Shown here: one piece after another, positions 15,440 to 22,440 of the stretch
How positions within the stretch are numbered: the stretch's first letter is position 1
Layout of the letters: each line of letters starts with the position of its first letter
Assembly: GCF_000953675.1 (NCBI RefSeq)
Contig: NZ_LN679998.1
Location: 1,819,963 to 1,843,962 of the forward strand
DNA length: 24,000 nt
Origin: Paraclostridium sordellii
GTDB taxonomy: Bacteria > Bacillota > Clostridia > Peptostreptococcales > Peptostreptococcaceae
Direction of reading: 5' to 3'
Position numbers and translations under genes: made by a program
Notes under the pieces: generated by a model
Databases searched by the model: none
What the model was told of the DNA's origin: nothing
The model's input: the letters and a program-made list of their open reading frames with translations, nothing else

Positions 15440-17554
15440 TTATAATATATATTTATATATATTATAATAAGCTGCTGCAGACCAACTAAAGTTTGTAGCA
15501 TTTAATCCTTCTCCTGTTTCAGGATTGTAATTCTCTCTTATTGGCTCCTTTTCCATAAGACCCTTTGCATTATTAAATAGCTTTTTAGCTATTATTTTTG
15601 CATCTTGATAATATCCATAATTTTCAAGACCTTCTATCAAAAATAATGCTTGGTCTAACCAAACAGGCCCTCTCCAATAATCTATAGGATTATATTTTTT
15701 ATTATTTTTGCTTACTGTTGGTATAGGCATAAAAGTATTAAATTTATTCTTATCCATTATATTGTCTCTAACTTTTTTAGCTTGTTCATATGTAGCAACA
15801 TTTGCCCATAGAGGAATAAATCCTTCACATCCTTTTCCACTATTAATCAATAGTTTCTTTTTTTCTAAACTCCTTCTTATGTCATAATAGTATCCTGTTT
15901 CATCGTCATACATATACTGATTAATGTAATTTTTTATTTTGATGGATTCCTCAATATACACCTTGCTTTCTTTTTCTTTTCCCAATTTTTTTGCAATTTT
16001 AGATAAAATTAATTTTTCTTTATATAAATATGAATTTAGATCTACAGACTCTTGATTTATAGTGTAACCTATAACTGTTCCATTATCATCTACACTTTTA
16101 TTTACCTTAACTTTATACTCATCTGATTGTTCTAGGTCAAACCTAATAGCATTATCCATTCCACTCTCCCAGGTTGTTGCTAAAATTATTTCTTTTTCAG
16201 AGTTATTTTTTTCGTCTATCATAGCTCCATATGATACTACCGCGTCCTCGCCACTACATCTATTTCTATACCACCAATTATGATACCTTGTTAATTTAGG
16301 ATACATCTCCTCTAAAAATTTTATATCGTTACTTTTTTTATAAATTTCATAAACTGACCAACTAGCTAATGGAGGTTTGCTATTTCTATCATTCCAATTA
16401 AATCCCATTCCACCTCTAGCTGTTGACTTATTAAAAAAAATACAATCTATCAAAGCGCCTTCATCATAAGGTCTTAATTCATCATCTTTAATAATTTGAT
16501 AATCAAATATAGATTTTATATTTTCTTTAGCAATTTCTACATCAAAATCAGCAATTGCAACAGAATGTTTAAAAGAATCCCATGCCCATAAACCATTAAA
16601 ATAATGATATGTAAAAGATGGTGTAATTCCTCCGTGTTTTAATGCCCCTGCACTACTTCTGTAGTTGGTGATTAATGTATTTATACACTTAACCGCTACC
16701 TTTTTATATTCATCCGAAATATTTTTCTTAGACTCCACAATATCTATATACTTTTTCCACCTCTTAGAGTTTAATTTTAAATAACTATTGGGATTTTTAA
16801 ATACTTTTTCAATAATCAATTTTTCATTTTCATATTCTTTTTTTGAGAAAGTATATGATTGTGTAGAGTAGATAGTAAAATTTTTTTTAGGTTTTATTTT
16901 TTTATTTAAATAAGTTTGATAACTATTTTCATATATAGATGTTATCGTATCTACTGAATTATTAATTTCAAATCTCATTTCTTTATTAGATAAAAATGAA
17001 CTTTCATCTAATATATCAGAAAATAAAACTTTAATTCCATTTTGTATTTTCTCTAATTTTAATTTATTAGATTTTAATTTATTGTCTTTTAAACTAAAAT
17101 ATTGATTAAATATCTCTCCTTTAAAATTAATATTTAAATCTAAGTCTTCTAAAGTATTATTTTTTATAGTAGTTTTTATTAATGCACTCCTAGGTGATAT
17201 AAATATTAATTCTAACTCTAATGTCATATCATCTAGTTTATAATACTGATACAATTTTCCTGGGTAGTAATCAAATTTTACATTTTTAGATTCACCTAAA
17301 TTATATTTTTTATTATTAATATTATTTATAAGTTCTATATTACATATATCATTTGATAAATTTATAGGATATTCTTGTGCTAGTATTAAAGGGCCTTTAA
17401 ATCCTCCATACGATAATTTATTTTCTAATTGAGGAAGGTAATAACCGTGCCATGCTCCCATATCAGAGAATGTATTATTTTTATTGTTAAGATTTTTATC
17501 TAATAAATTTATTTCAGGATTTGCAGATATATTTAATAAATTTTTATATTTCAT
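15440..17554 (-). CDS. GH63/YgjK-like (alpha/alpha)6 glycoside hydrolase (trehalase/glucosidase-like), cytoplasmic, 704 aa
   Basis: C-terminal catalytic-domain patterns: WAWDSFKH, GFNWNDRNSKPPLASW, TWESGMDN, DYWRGPVWLDQALF, NYNPETGEG. The N-terminal half is a beta-rich domain, as in YgjK. Start reassigned to ATG 17554 (SD GGAGGA 6 nt upstream). The Lys-rich 22-codon extension to 17620 in the ORF track is probably not translated. Confidence 0.6.
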   Translation of the reverse strand: MKYKNLLNISANPEINLLDKNLNNKNNTFSDMGAWHGYYLPQLENKLSYGGFKGPLILAQEYPINLSNDICNIELINNINNKKYNLGESKNVKFDYYPGKLYQYYKLDDMTLELELIFISPRSALIKTTIKNNTLEDLDLNINFKGEIFNQYFSLKDNKLKSNKLKLEKIQNGIKVLFSDILDESSFLSNKEMRFEINNSVDTITSIYENSYQTYLNKKIKPKKNFTIYSTQSYTFSKKEYENEKLIIEKVFKNPNSYLKLNSKRWKKYIDIVESKKNISDEYKKVAVKCINTLITNYRSSAGALKHGGITPSFTYHYFNGLWAWDSFKHSVAIADFDVEIAKENIKSIFDYQIIKDDELRPYDEGALIDCIFFNKSTARGGMGFNWNDRNSKPPLASWSVYEIYKKSNDIKFLEEMYPKLTRYHNWWYRNRCSGEDAVVSYGAMIDEKNNSEKEIILATTWESGMDNAIRFDLEQSDEYKVKVNKSVDDNGTVIGYTINQESVDLNSYLYKEKLILSKIAKKLGKEKESKVYIEESIKIKNYINQYMYDDETGYYYDIRRSLEKKKLLINSGKGCEGFIPLWANVATYEQAKKVRDNIMDKNKFNTFMPIPTVSKNNKKYNPIDYWRGPVWLDQALFLIEGLENYGYYQDAKIIAKKLFNNAKGLMEKEPIRENYNPETGEGLNATNFSWSAAAYYNIYKYIL

Positions 17555-17651
17555 AAATATCCTCCATTTCTTTTTATATTTAATACGCATTTTTTTCTTT
17601 TTCTCCTTTTTCTTTTTCAAATAATATATTAGGTATTAGTATAGTTTTATT

Positions 17652-17695
17652 TATAGTTTATATATTTAGTGGTATATTTAAATATATAAACTATA
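17652..17695 (+). promoter_or_regulatory. 16-bp inverted repeat directly upstream of the rhodanese SD
   Basis: TATAGTTTATATATTT (17652-17667), 12 nt, AAATATATAAACTATA (17680-17695). The SD TAGGAGG starts at 17697. Composed purely of A/T, so a chance occurrence is possible. Confidence 0.3.
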
Positions 17696-17709
17696 TTAGG
17701 AGGTTTTAT

Positions 17710-18534
17710 ATGAAAAATTTTGTAGATTGCTGTTTTATCTCAGATTTTAAAAATATAGATAATCTATTTTTAATAGATTGTAGGTTTGACTTATTCGATC
17801 CTGATTTAGGGTATAAATTATATCAAATTGACCATATTCCAGGTGCTTTTTATTTAGATATAAATAAAGATATTTGTGGAAAACCTTCTATACATGGTGG
17901 TACGCGTCCACTTGCTGATATCAAAATTTTATCAAATAAACTTATAAATATAGGTATAACTATGAACTCCACTATTGTAGTCTATGATGAAAAAATATAT
18001 AGTTCACCTAGACTATTTCTTCAGTTAAAATACATGGGATATAAAAATGTATATATATTAAATGGAGGATTTAATGCGTGGAAATCTAATAATCTACCAA
18101 CTACATGTGAAATTCCAAAACTTAATTATAATGGATTCTTCAAAGAAAATTTAAACGAAAGTTTAGTTTGCAATATTGAATATGTTAAAAATACCATTAA
18201 CTCTAATGAAATTGTTTTAGTTGACTCTAGAGATAACAATAGATATACTGGAGAATTTGAACCTCTATACTCAAAGCCAGGTCATATACCAGGTGCAATA
18301 AATATTCCTTGGCATAATAATATATCTGCTAATGGTTATGTAAAAAGTTTAGATGAGATTAGTAATAATTTTTTACCATTAAAGGATAAAGAAGTTATTT
18401 TATATTGTGGATCATGTATAGAAGCTTGTATAAACTATGTGTTATTAGATGAACTTGGCTATAATTCTAAGGTTTATATAGGAAGTATGAGTGATTGGAT
18501 TAGTTATAATGATAATATAGTTGAAAAACTATAA
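17710..18534 (+). CDS. Tandem-rhodanese sulfurtransferase (thiosulfate/3-mercaptopyruvate sulfurtransferase-like), 274 aa
   Basis: Two rhodanese-like halves (..IDCR....GHIPGAFYL.. and ..VDSRDNNRYTGE.....GHIPGAINIPW). Active-site loop CGSCIEA in the C-terminal domain. SD AGGAGG 7 nt upstream of the ATG. Confidence 0.8.
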   Translation: MKNFVDCCFISDFKNIDNLFLIDCRFDLFDPDLGYKLYQIDHIPGAFYLDINKDICGKPSIHGGTRPLADIKILSNKLINIGITMNSTIVVYDEKIYSSPRLFLQLKYMGYKNVYILNGGFNAWKSNNLPTTCEIPKLNYNGFFKENLNESLVCNIEYVKNTINSNEIVLVDSRDNNRYTGEFEPLYSKPGHIPGAINIPWHNNISANGYVKSLDEISNNFLPLKDKEVILYCGSCIEACINYVLLDELGYNSKVYIGSMSDWISYNDNIVEKL

Positions 18535-18607
18535 ATATTTGAGTTTAAAATATTATAGTAATATGTTAAAATATCATAGTAAATTTACAATATCAAAGGA
18601 GACAGTC

Positions 18608-19138
18608 ATGAAAAGAGAATTTTTAACTAGTGAAAAAATTTTTTTACAACCAACTAAATTTGCAGATTTATTAGTAGATAGTTCAGGATATGTTGACTTA
18701 CATGAAAAATTATCCTCTAGTGATTTAGAATATAGCGATGATAAAGTTTTTGAGGTAGCTCCAAGTGGGTTTGTAGACTTTAATCAACATCTATATGAAG
18801 ATATAAACCACATGAACTCTATAAGCTGTGGTATATATCTAGAAAGATCCCTAATAACTTTTAGAATATTCTTATGGGGATCAAGAGGCGAAGGTTTTGA
18901 AATATTTAAGCATGTCTTAAGAGGTGATGAAATAGACTCTTTAAAATCTATTGAAGATATAAAATTTTATATGCATAAACATTTAGAAGAACTTGAAGAT
19001 GGTATATTAAAAACATATAGTATGAATGCACGCCATTCATTTGAACAACTTGGAATGGGTATAGAAAGCAAAAAGCTTCCGTTACATAGCATACTTCAGT
19101 TTATGAGTATAGATAACAATTTATCTGATTTTAGGTAA
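18608..19138 (+). CDS. Hypothetical protein (176 aa), no recognisable family
   Basis: Start reassigned to ATG 18608 (SD AAAGGAGA 6 nt upstream). The track's start at 18521 overlaps the rhodanese gene and has no SD. A strong terminator follows. No motif recognised. Confidence 0.6.
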   Translation: MKREFLTSEKIFLQPTKFADLLVDSSGYVDLHEKLSSSDLEYSDDKVFEVAPSGFVDFNQHLYEDINHMNSISCGIYLERSLITFRIFLWGSRGEGFEIFKHVLRGDEIDSLKSIEDIKFYMHKHLEELEDGILKTYSMNARHSFEQLGMGIESKKLPLHSILQFMSIDNNLSDFR

Positions 19139-19140
19139 TA

Positions 19141-19169
19141 AAAAAAGCTGTTAATCAACAGCTTTTTTT
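19141..19169. terminator. Bidirectional intrinsic terminator between convergent genes
   Basis: AAAAAAGCTGTT-AATC-AACAGCTTTTTT. A perfect stem flanked by an A6 run and a T7 run, so it serves both strands. Confidence 0.85.
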
Positions 19170-19171
19170 AT

Positions 19172-19915
19172 TTAATTATATAATATACCCATTTTTATTT
19201 TATCTTTTAAATCCTCATTTAAAGCTAATGTGAAAATCAAATCGCACTTACTATCTATTTTACTTTGTATATTTTCAAGCATTTCATTTAAAATTGATAA
19301 AACTTCTTCAATTTTACAGTAATCATTTCCTAAGCTTATAAATACTATTCCTTTTTTCTTAGTAAGTTCTTCATTAGTTTTTATTATAGACTCAAATAAT
19401 GATTCAACTAACTCATTATTATCCATAGATTTATCACTTTCAATAAATCCGTGAGCTAATCCTTTTTCTTTTGATAATATTTCTTTTAGATCCGTTAAGT
19501 CTATATTTATAGTACAATCTTCTGAAACAGATTCAACCATAAGATTTATTAACTCGCAAATTAAATCCCTATTTTCATCATTTATAACAAACTCTGCATT
19601 AAAATCAAATTCAACTTTCTTTTCATCATTGTTAACATCTAAACCTATAGATACTATTCTTCTCTCTTTTGCCATAAAGTTTACAGCTTTCACTATATCA
19701 CATGTTCTTTGTTCTTTAGAGTTATATGTTATAAATACAATTTCTATTTCATCAAGTATTTTTGCGGCATAATCCTTATCTATATCTTGATTAATTGATA
19801 TCTTTTCGGTAGATAGTATATTTTTATTATTTTTATAATTTACTATATATTCTAAACTTTTTATTCCATCATCACTTACTCCAATTACTTTTGCATATTT
19901 ATTATTAAAATCCAT
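19172..19915 (-). CDS. Compact FtsZ/tubulin-fold paralogue with degenerate nucleotide-binding loops (247 aa)
   Basis: By-eye alignment to FtsZ. AKVIGVSDDGIKSLEYI aligns with IKVIGVGGGGNNAVNRM (T1). IVFITYNSKEQRTCDIVKAVNFMAKE aligns with [26 protein letters not shown] (T4 signature lost). FVINDENRD aligns with IVIPNDRIL. INIDLTDLKEIL aligns with INLDFADVKTIM (T7). KGLAHGFIES aligns with KGSALMGIGIA. KGIVFISLGND aligns with QGVLMNITGGT. DLIFTLALNEDLKDKIKMGIL aligns with NMIFGSVINENLKDEIVVTVI. SD AAGGAG upstream of the ATG. Confidence 0.55.
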   Translation of the reverse strand: MDFNNKYAKVIGVSDDGIKSLEYIVNYKNNKNILSTEKISINQDIDKDYAAKILDEIEIVFITYNSKEQRTCDIVKAVNFMAKERRIVSIGLDVNNDEKKVEFDFNAEFVINDENRDLICELINLMVESVSEDCTINIDLTDLKEILSKEKGLAHGFIESDKSMDNNELVESLFESIIKTNEELTKKKGIVFISLGNDYCKIEEVLSILNEMLENIQSKIDSKCDLIFTLALNEDLKDKIKMGILYN

Positions 19916-20106
19916 AATATTACTCCTTAAAATTTTTAATATTTTTAGTAAAAATTCTATATATTTACTATTATTAACCTTTTATGATTTCTTAGTATTA
20001 TATTACTAAAATAACACTTCTTAGTAAAGTATTGATTTTTATAGAAAAATTTATAATATTATATAGTATAATTTACAATTGCCTACTGAATACGCTATAG
20101 ATAAAT

Positions 20107-20144
20107 AAAAAGGTCTATCAGTTAATAATTTGATAGACCTTTTT
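20107..20144 (-). terminator. Intrinsic terminator downstream of micro-ORF A
   Basis: AAAAAGGTCTATCA (20107-20120), 10-nt loop, TGATAGACCTTTTT (20131-20144). The minus strand ends TTTTTATTTAT. Confidence 0.75.
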
Positions 20145-20207
20145 AAGTATTTATATTTTCGGTGTGCAATTTTTATCCTCCTTGGATAATCAATTTAATT
20201 ATCATAA

Positions 20208-20291
20208 CTATTCAACTTCATAATCCGGTGAGTAATCATAGTCTTTTTCCATCTCATATCCAAAATACTCTAAAGTAATGTAGTTTTCCAT
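20208..20291 (-). CDS. Micro-ORF A, 27 aa: MENYITLEYFGYEMEKDYDYSPDYEVE
   Basis: ATG 20291..20289 and TAG 20210..20208. SD AGGAGG (core 20300-20304) lies 8 nt upstream. Paralogous to micro-ORF B. Below the 60-aa cutoff of the ORF track. Confidence 0.6.
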   Translation of the reverse strand: MENYITLEYFGYEMEKDYDYSPDYEVE

Positions 20292-20443
20292 ATATTTTAC
20301 CTCCTATTTTTACAAGCTATTAATTGATTTATCATATATAAGTTATATCTCATATATGTATTTTGATTTTTCATATTCTTTAAAATTCATATATTGAATT
20401 GTTTTTTTTATTTACTTCATTTTCTAAATTAAATTCAAATTTT

Positions 20444-20524
20444 TTATTCAGTTTTATAATCAGGTGTATAATCGTAAAGTAAGTCTAATTCATATTCAAA
20501 ATATACTATTTCATTATCTTTCAT
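20444..20524 (-). CDS. Micro-ORF B, 26 aa: MKDNEIVYFEYELDLLYDYTPDYKTE
   Basis: ATG 20524..20522 and TAA 20446..20444. SD GAGGAGG (20531-20537) lies 6 nt upstream. Its C-terminal 19 residues align without gaps to micro-ORF A (11/19 identical). Confidence 0.6.
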   Translation of the reverse strand: MKDNEIVYFEYELDLLYDYTPDYKTE

Positions 20525-20645
20525 AAAATCCCTCCTCTTTTTTTGCAAGTTATTTTTATGATTTTTCATTATATTTAAATTATATGCAAGATGTATAAAA
20601 AAATTTACATATCTTATTTCAAAATTTTAATTTAATTATTTAAAT

Positions 20646-20674
20646 AAAAAAGATATGAAATTTCATATCTTTTT
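20646..20674 (-). terminator. Intrinsic terminator of ldh
   Basis: Perfect palindrome AAAAAGATATGAAA/TTTCATATCTTTTT, 8 nt after the ldh stop. The minus strand continues TTTTTTATTTA. Confidence 0.8.
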
Positions 20675-20682
20675 CTTACTTT

Positions 20683-21627
20683 TTATTTTAAATTAAGTTT
20701 TTTAATATTTTCTTTCATAATATCTATAGATTTATCAAGTTTTTGTTTCTCTTTTAACTCTAATGGTAATTCTATTATATTCCTTACTCCATTTTTATTA
20801 ACTATACTAGGTACAGATATGTATACTTCTTGTTGTCCGTACTCTCCATTTAAATATGACGATACCGTTAGTATAGTATTTTCATTTTCAAGAATAGCTT
20901 TTGTTATAGCAGTAAGGCCCATACCAATTCCATAATATGTAGATTTCTTTCTTTTAATTATCTCATAAGCTAAATTTTTCACTTCTTTTTCTATTAAATC
21001 TAAATCTTTAAAAGTTATATTTTGATTATTTCTAGATACTATCTGGTAAATTGGTTGAACACCTTGCATTGCATAACTCCACGCTACAAACTGAGAATCT
21101 CCATGTTCTCCCATTACATAAGCATGAACATTTTTAGAGTTTACATCTAAAATTTCACTTAATATATATCTAAGTCTAGATGAATCTAATGTTGTCCCAG
21201 ATCCAATTACTCTGTTTGATTTATATCCAGATAACTTAAATGCTACATATGTCATTATATCCACAGGGTTCGTAGCGATTAATAAGATACCATTAAATTT
21301 AGTTTTGTTTATCTGGGAAATTATATCTTTCATTATTAGTGTGTTTTTATTTAATAAGTCTAATCTTGTCTCTCCTTCATTTTGTATAGCTCCGGCAGTT
21401 ATACATATTATAGATGCATCATCACAATTTGAATAATCTCCTGCATATATTTTCATTTTTCTATTTCCAAAATTTAATCCATGATTTAAATCCATAGCTT
21501 CTCCTATAGCTCTATCTTTATCCTTATCAATTAAAACAAGTTCTTCACAAGTTCCTTGATTCACCATAGAATAAGCATAACTCATACCAACCATGCCAGT
21601 TCCAATTATAACAACTTTATTTTTCAT
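20683..21627 (-). CDS. ldh: L-lactate dehydrogenase (314 aa)
   Basis: MKNKVVIIGTGMVGMSYAYSM (Rossmann GxGxxG). Also LIDKDKDRAIGEAMDLNHG, ITAGAIQNEGETRLDLL, IATNPVD, GSGTTLDSSRLRY and VMGEHGDSQF (catalytic His). SD GGAGGAAAA upstream. Confidence 0.92.
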   Translation of the reverse strand: MKNKVVIIGTGMVGMSYAYSMVNQGTCEELVLIDKDKDRAIGEAMDLNHGLNFGNRKMKIYAGDYSNCDDASIICITAGAIQNEGETRLDLLNKNTLIMKDIISQINKTKFNGILLIATNPVDIMTYVAFKLSGYKSNRVIGSGTTLDSSRLRYILSEILDVNSKNVHAYVMGEHGDSQFVAWSYAMQGVQPIYQIVSRNNQNITFKDLDLIEKEVKNLAYEIIKRKKSTYYGIGMGLTAITKAILENENTILTVSSYLNGEYGQQEVYISVPSIVNKNGVRNIIELPLELKEKQKLDKSIDIMKENIKKLNLK

Positions 21628-21797
21628 ATAAATTTTCCTCCAAATTATATTTCTAATATATAAATTATTCCCTAAAGTTAAGTTATAAATGCTTTTATAT
21701 ATTAGAAATTTTATAACTTGATAAAAAGTAAAATATATAAATACATGGCTTTTGGATATGCTAATTTATTCTCTAATATTTTGAAAATAAATTAATA

Positions 21798-21834
21798 AAG
21801 GGTTAGATCAATATAAAATTCGAACTAACCCTTT
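21798..21834 (-). terminator. Intrinsic terminator of the thioesterase gene
   Basis: Stem AAAGGGTTAG (21798-21807) / CTAACCCTTT (21825-21834). The minus strand continues ATTAATTTATTTT. Confidence 0.7.
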
Positions 21835-21852
21835 GTTAATTTATATGTATAA

Positions 21853-22359
21853 TTATAACTCTATATATTCCAATTCTTCTTCATCTTTTACTTCTAACCA
21901 CTCTTTTTCAATATCATTTTCATCTTCTATGATTCTATTAACTGGCATTTTCATGTATTTTCCCGTAGCTGTTACTGCTATTTCTCCATTCGGAAGTATT
22001 ATTTCACCACTTCCTTCAAACAACTTTCTAGTATCTCTTGTTATTCTTCCAACTACCTTTATAGTACAATCCGTAGGTACAGGTTTCTTATATTTTAAGT
22101 CTAGTGAAACTGTAACTCCCCAAACTTCACCATCTAATATAGTTATAGCTCGTCCTATAGTTTCATCAAGTATAGCTGCCGACATACCTCCGTGCATTCT
22201 TCCTGGATAACTTTGATGCCATTCTTTTGTATCACATATTGCTAATAATTCATCGTTTTCCAATTCATAAAATTTGGCCTTTAGTCCCAAGTCATTGTCA
22301 ATCCCACAAACTACACAATGGCTACTAATGTTTTGTTTTTTTAATATTTTGTGTTTCAT
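21853..22359 (-). CDS. PaaI-family hotdog-fold acyl-CoA thioesterase (168 aa)
   Basis: N-terminal HCVVCGIDNDLGLKAKFYE, then QSYPGRMHGGMSAAILDETIGRA, the typical PaaI/4HBT core. SD TGGAGGCAAA upstream. Confidence 0.8.
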   Translation of the reverse strand: MKHKILKKQNISSHCVVCGIDNDLGLKAKFYELENDELLAICDTKEWHQSYPGRMHGGMSAAILDETIGRAITILDGEVWGVTVSLDLKYKKPVPTDCTIKVVGRITRDTRKLFEGSGEIILPNGEIAVTATGKYMKMPVNRIIEDENDIEKEWLEVKDEEELEYIEL

Positions 22360-22440
22360 ATAGTTTTGCCTCCAATCTTATATAGACTAACTCCCCTTAA
22401 AACATTATAGCATAACAAAAACTTTGATGTAATTTAAAAA

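Noticed and set aside
17555-17620. Lys-rich N-terminal extension (MKKKKEKKKKMRIKYKKKWRIF) of the glycosidase ORF, and the underlying ~29-nt polypyrimidine tract (17591-17619)
   Set aside because: The extension derives from a purine-rich leader. A near-perfect SD (GGAGGA) with 6-nt spacing precedes the internal ATG at 17554. The tract is only approximately mirror-symmetric, so I do not claim an H-DNA element.
18521-18607. Upstream extension of the hypothetical gene overlapping the rhodanese stop
   Set aside because: No SD precedes the 18521 ATG, whereas AAAGGAGA precedes the ATG at 18608. An extended -10-like element (TGTTAAAAT) also lies inside the extension.
19989-20026. 9-nt direct repeat TTCTTAGTA (19989-19997, 20018-20026) flanking its complement TACTAA (20004-20009) in the FtsZ-like leader, as a possible alternative-hairpin switch
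   Set aside because: The stems are only 6-7 AU-rich bp. I estimate a 9-nt repeat within a ~190-nt AT-rich spacer is expected roughly once by chance. It is not strong enough to report as a feature.
20208-20524. The micro-ORFs as AgrD-type autoinducer precursors for the AgrC-like kinase
   Set aside because: They have no N-terminal amphipathic membrane-anchoring helix, no Cys for a thiolactone and no adjacent agrB. The kinase lies 9 kb away in an unrelated transcription unit.
21746-21796. 16-codon plus-strand ORF MAFGYANLFSNILKIN in the ldh/thioesterase spacer
   Set aside because: It has no SD and no paralogue, and it overlaps the thioesterase terminator region.
21833-22210. Plus-strand ORF 21833..22210 (125 aa, Ser/Pro/Ile-rich)
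   Set aside because: It is antisense to the PaaI thioesterase, which has clear family motifs. It has no SD and a low-complexity product.
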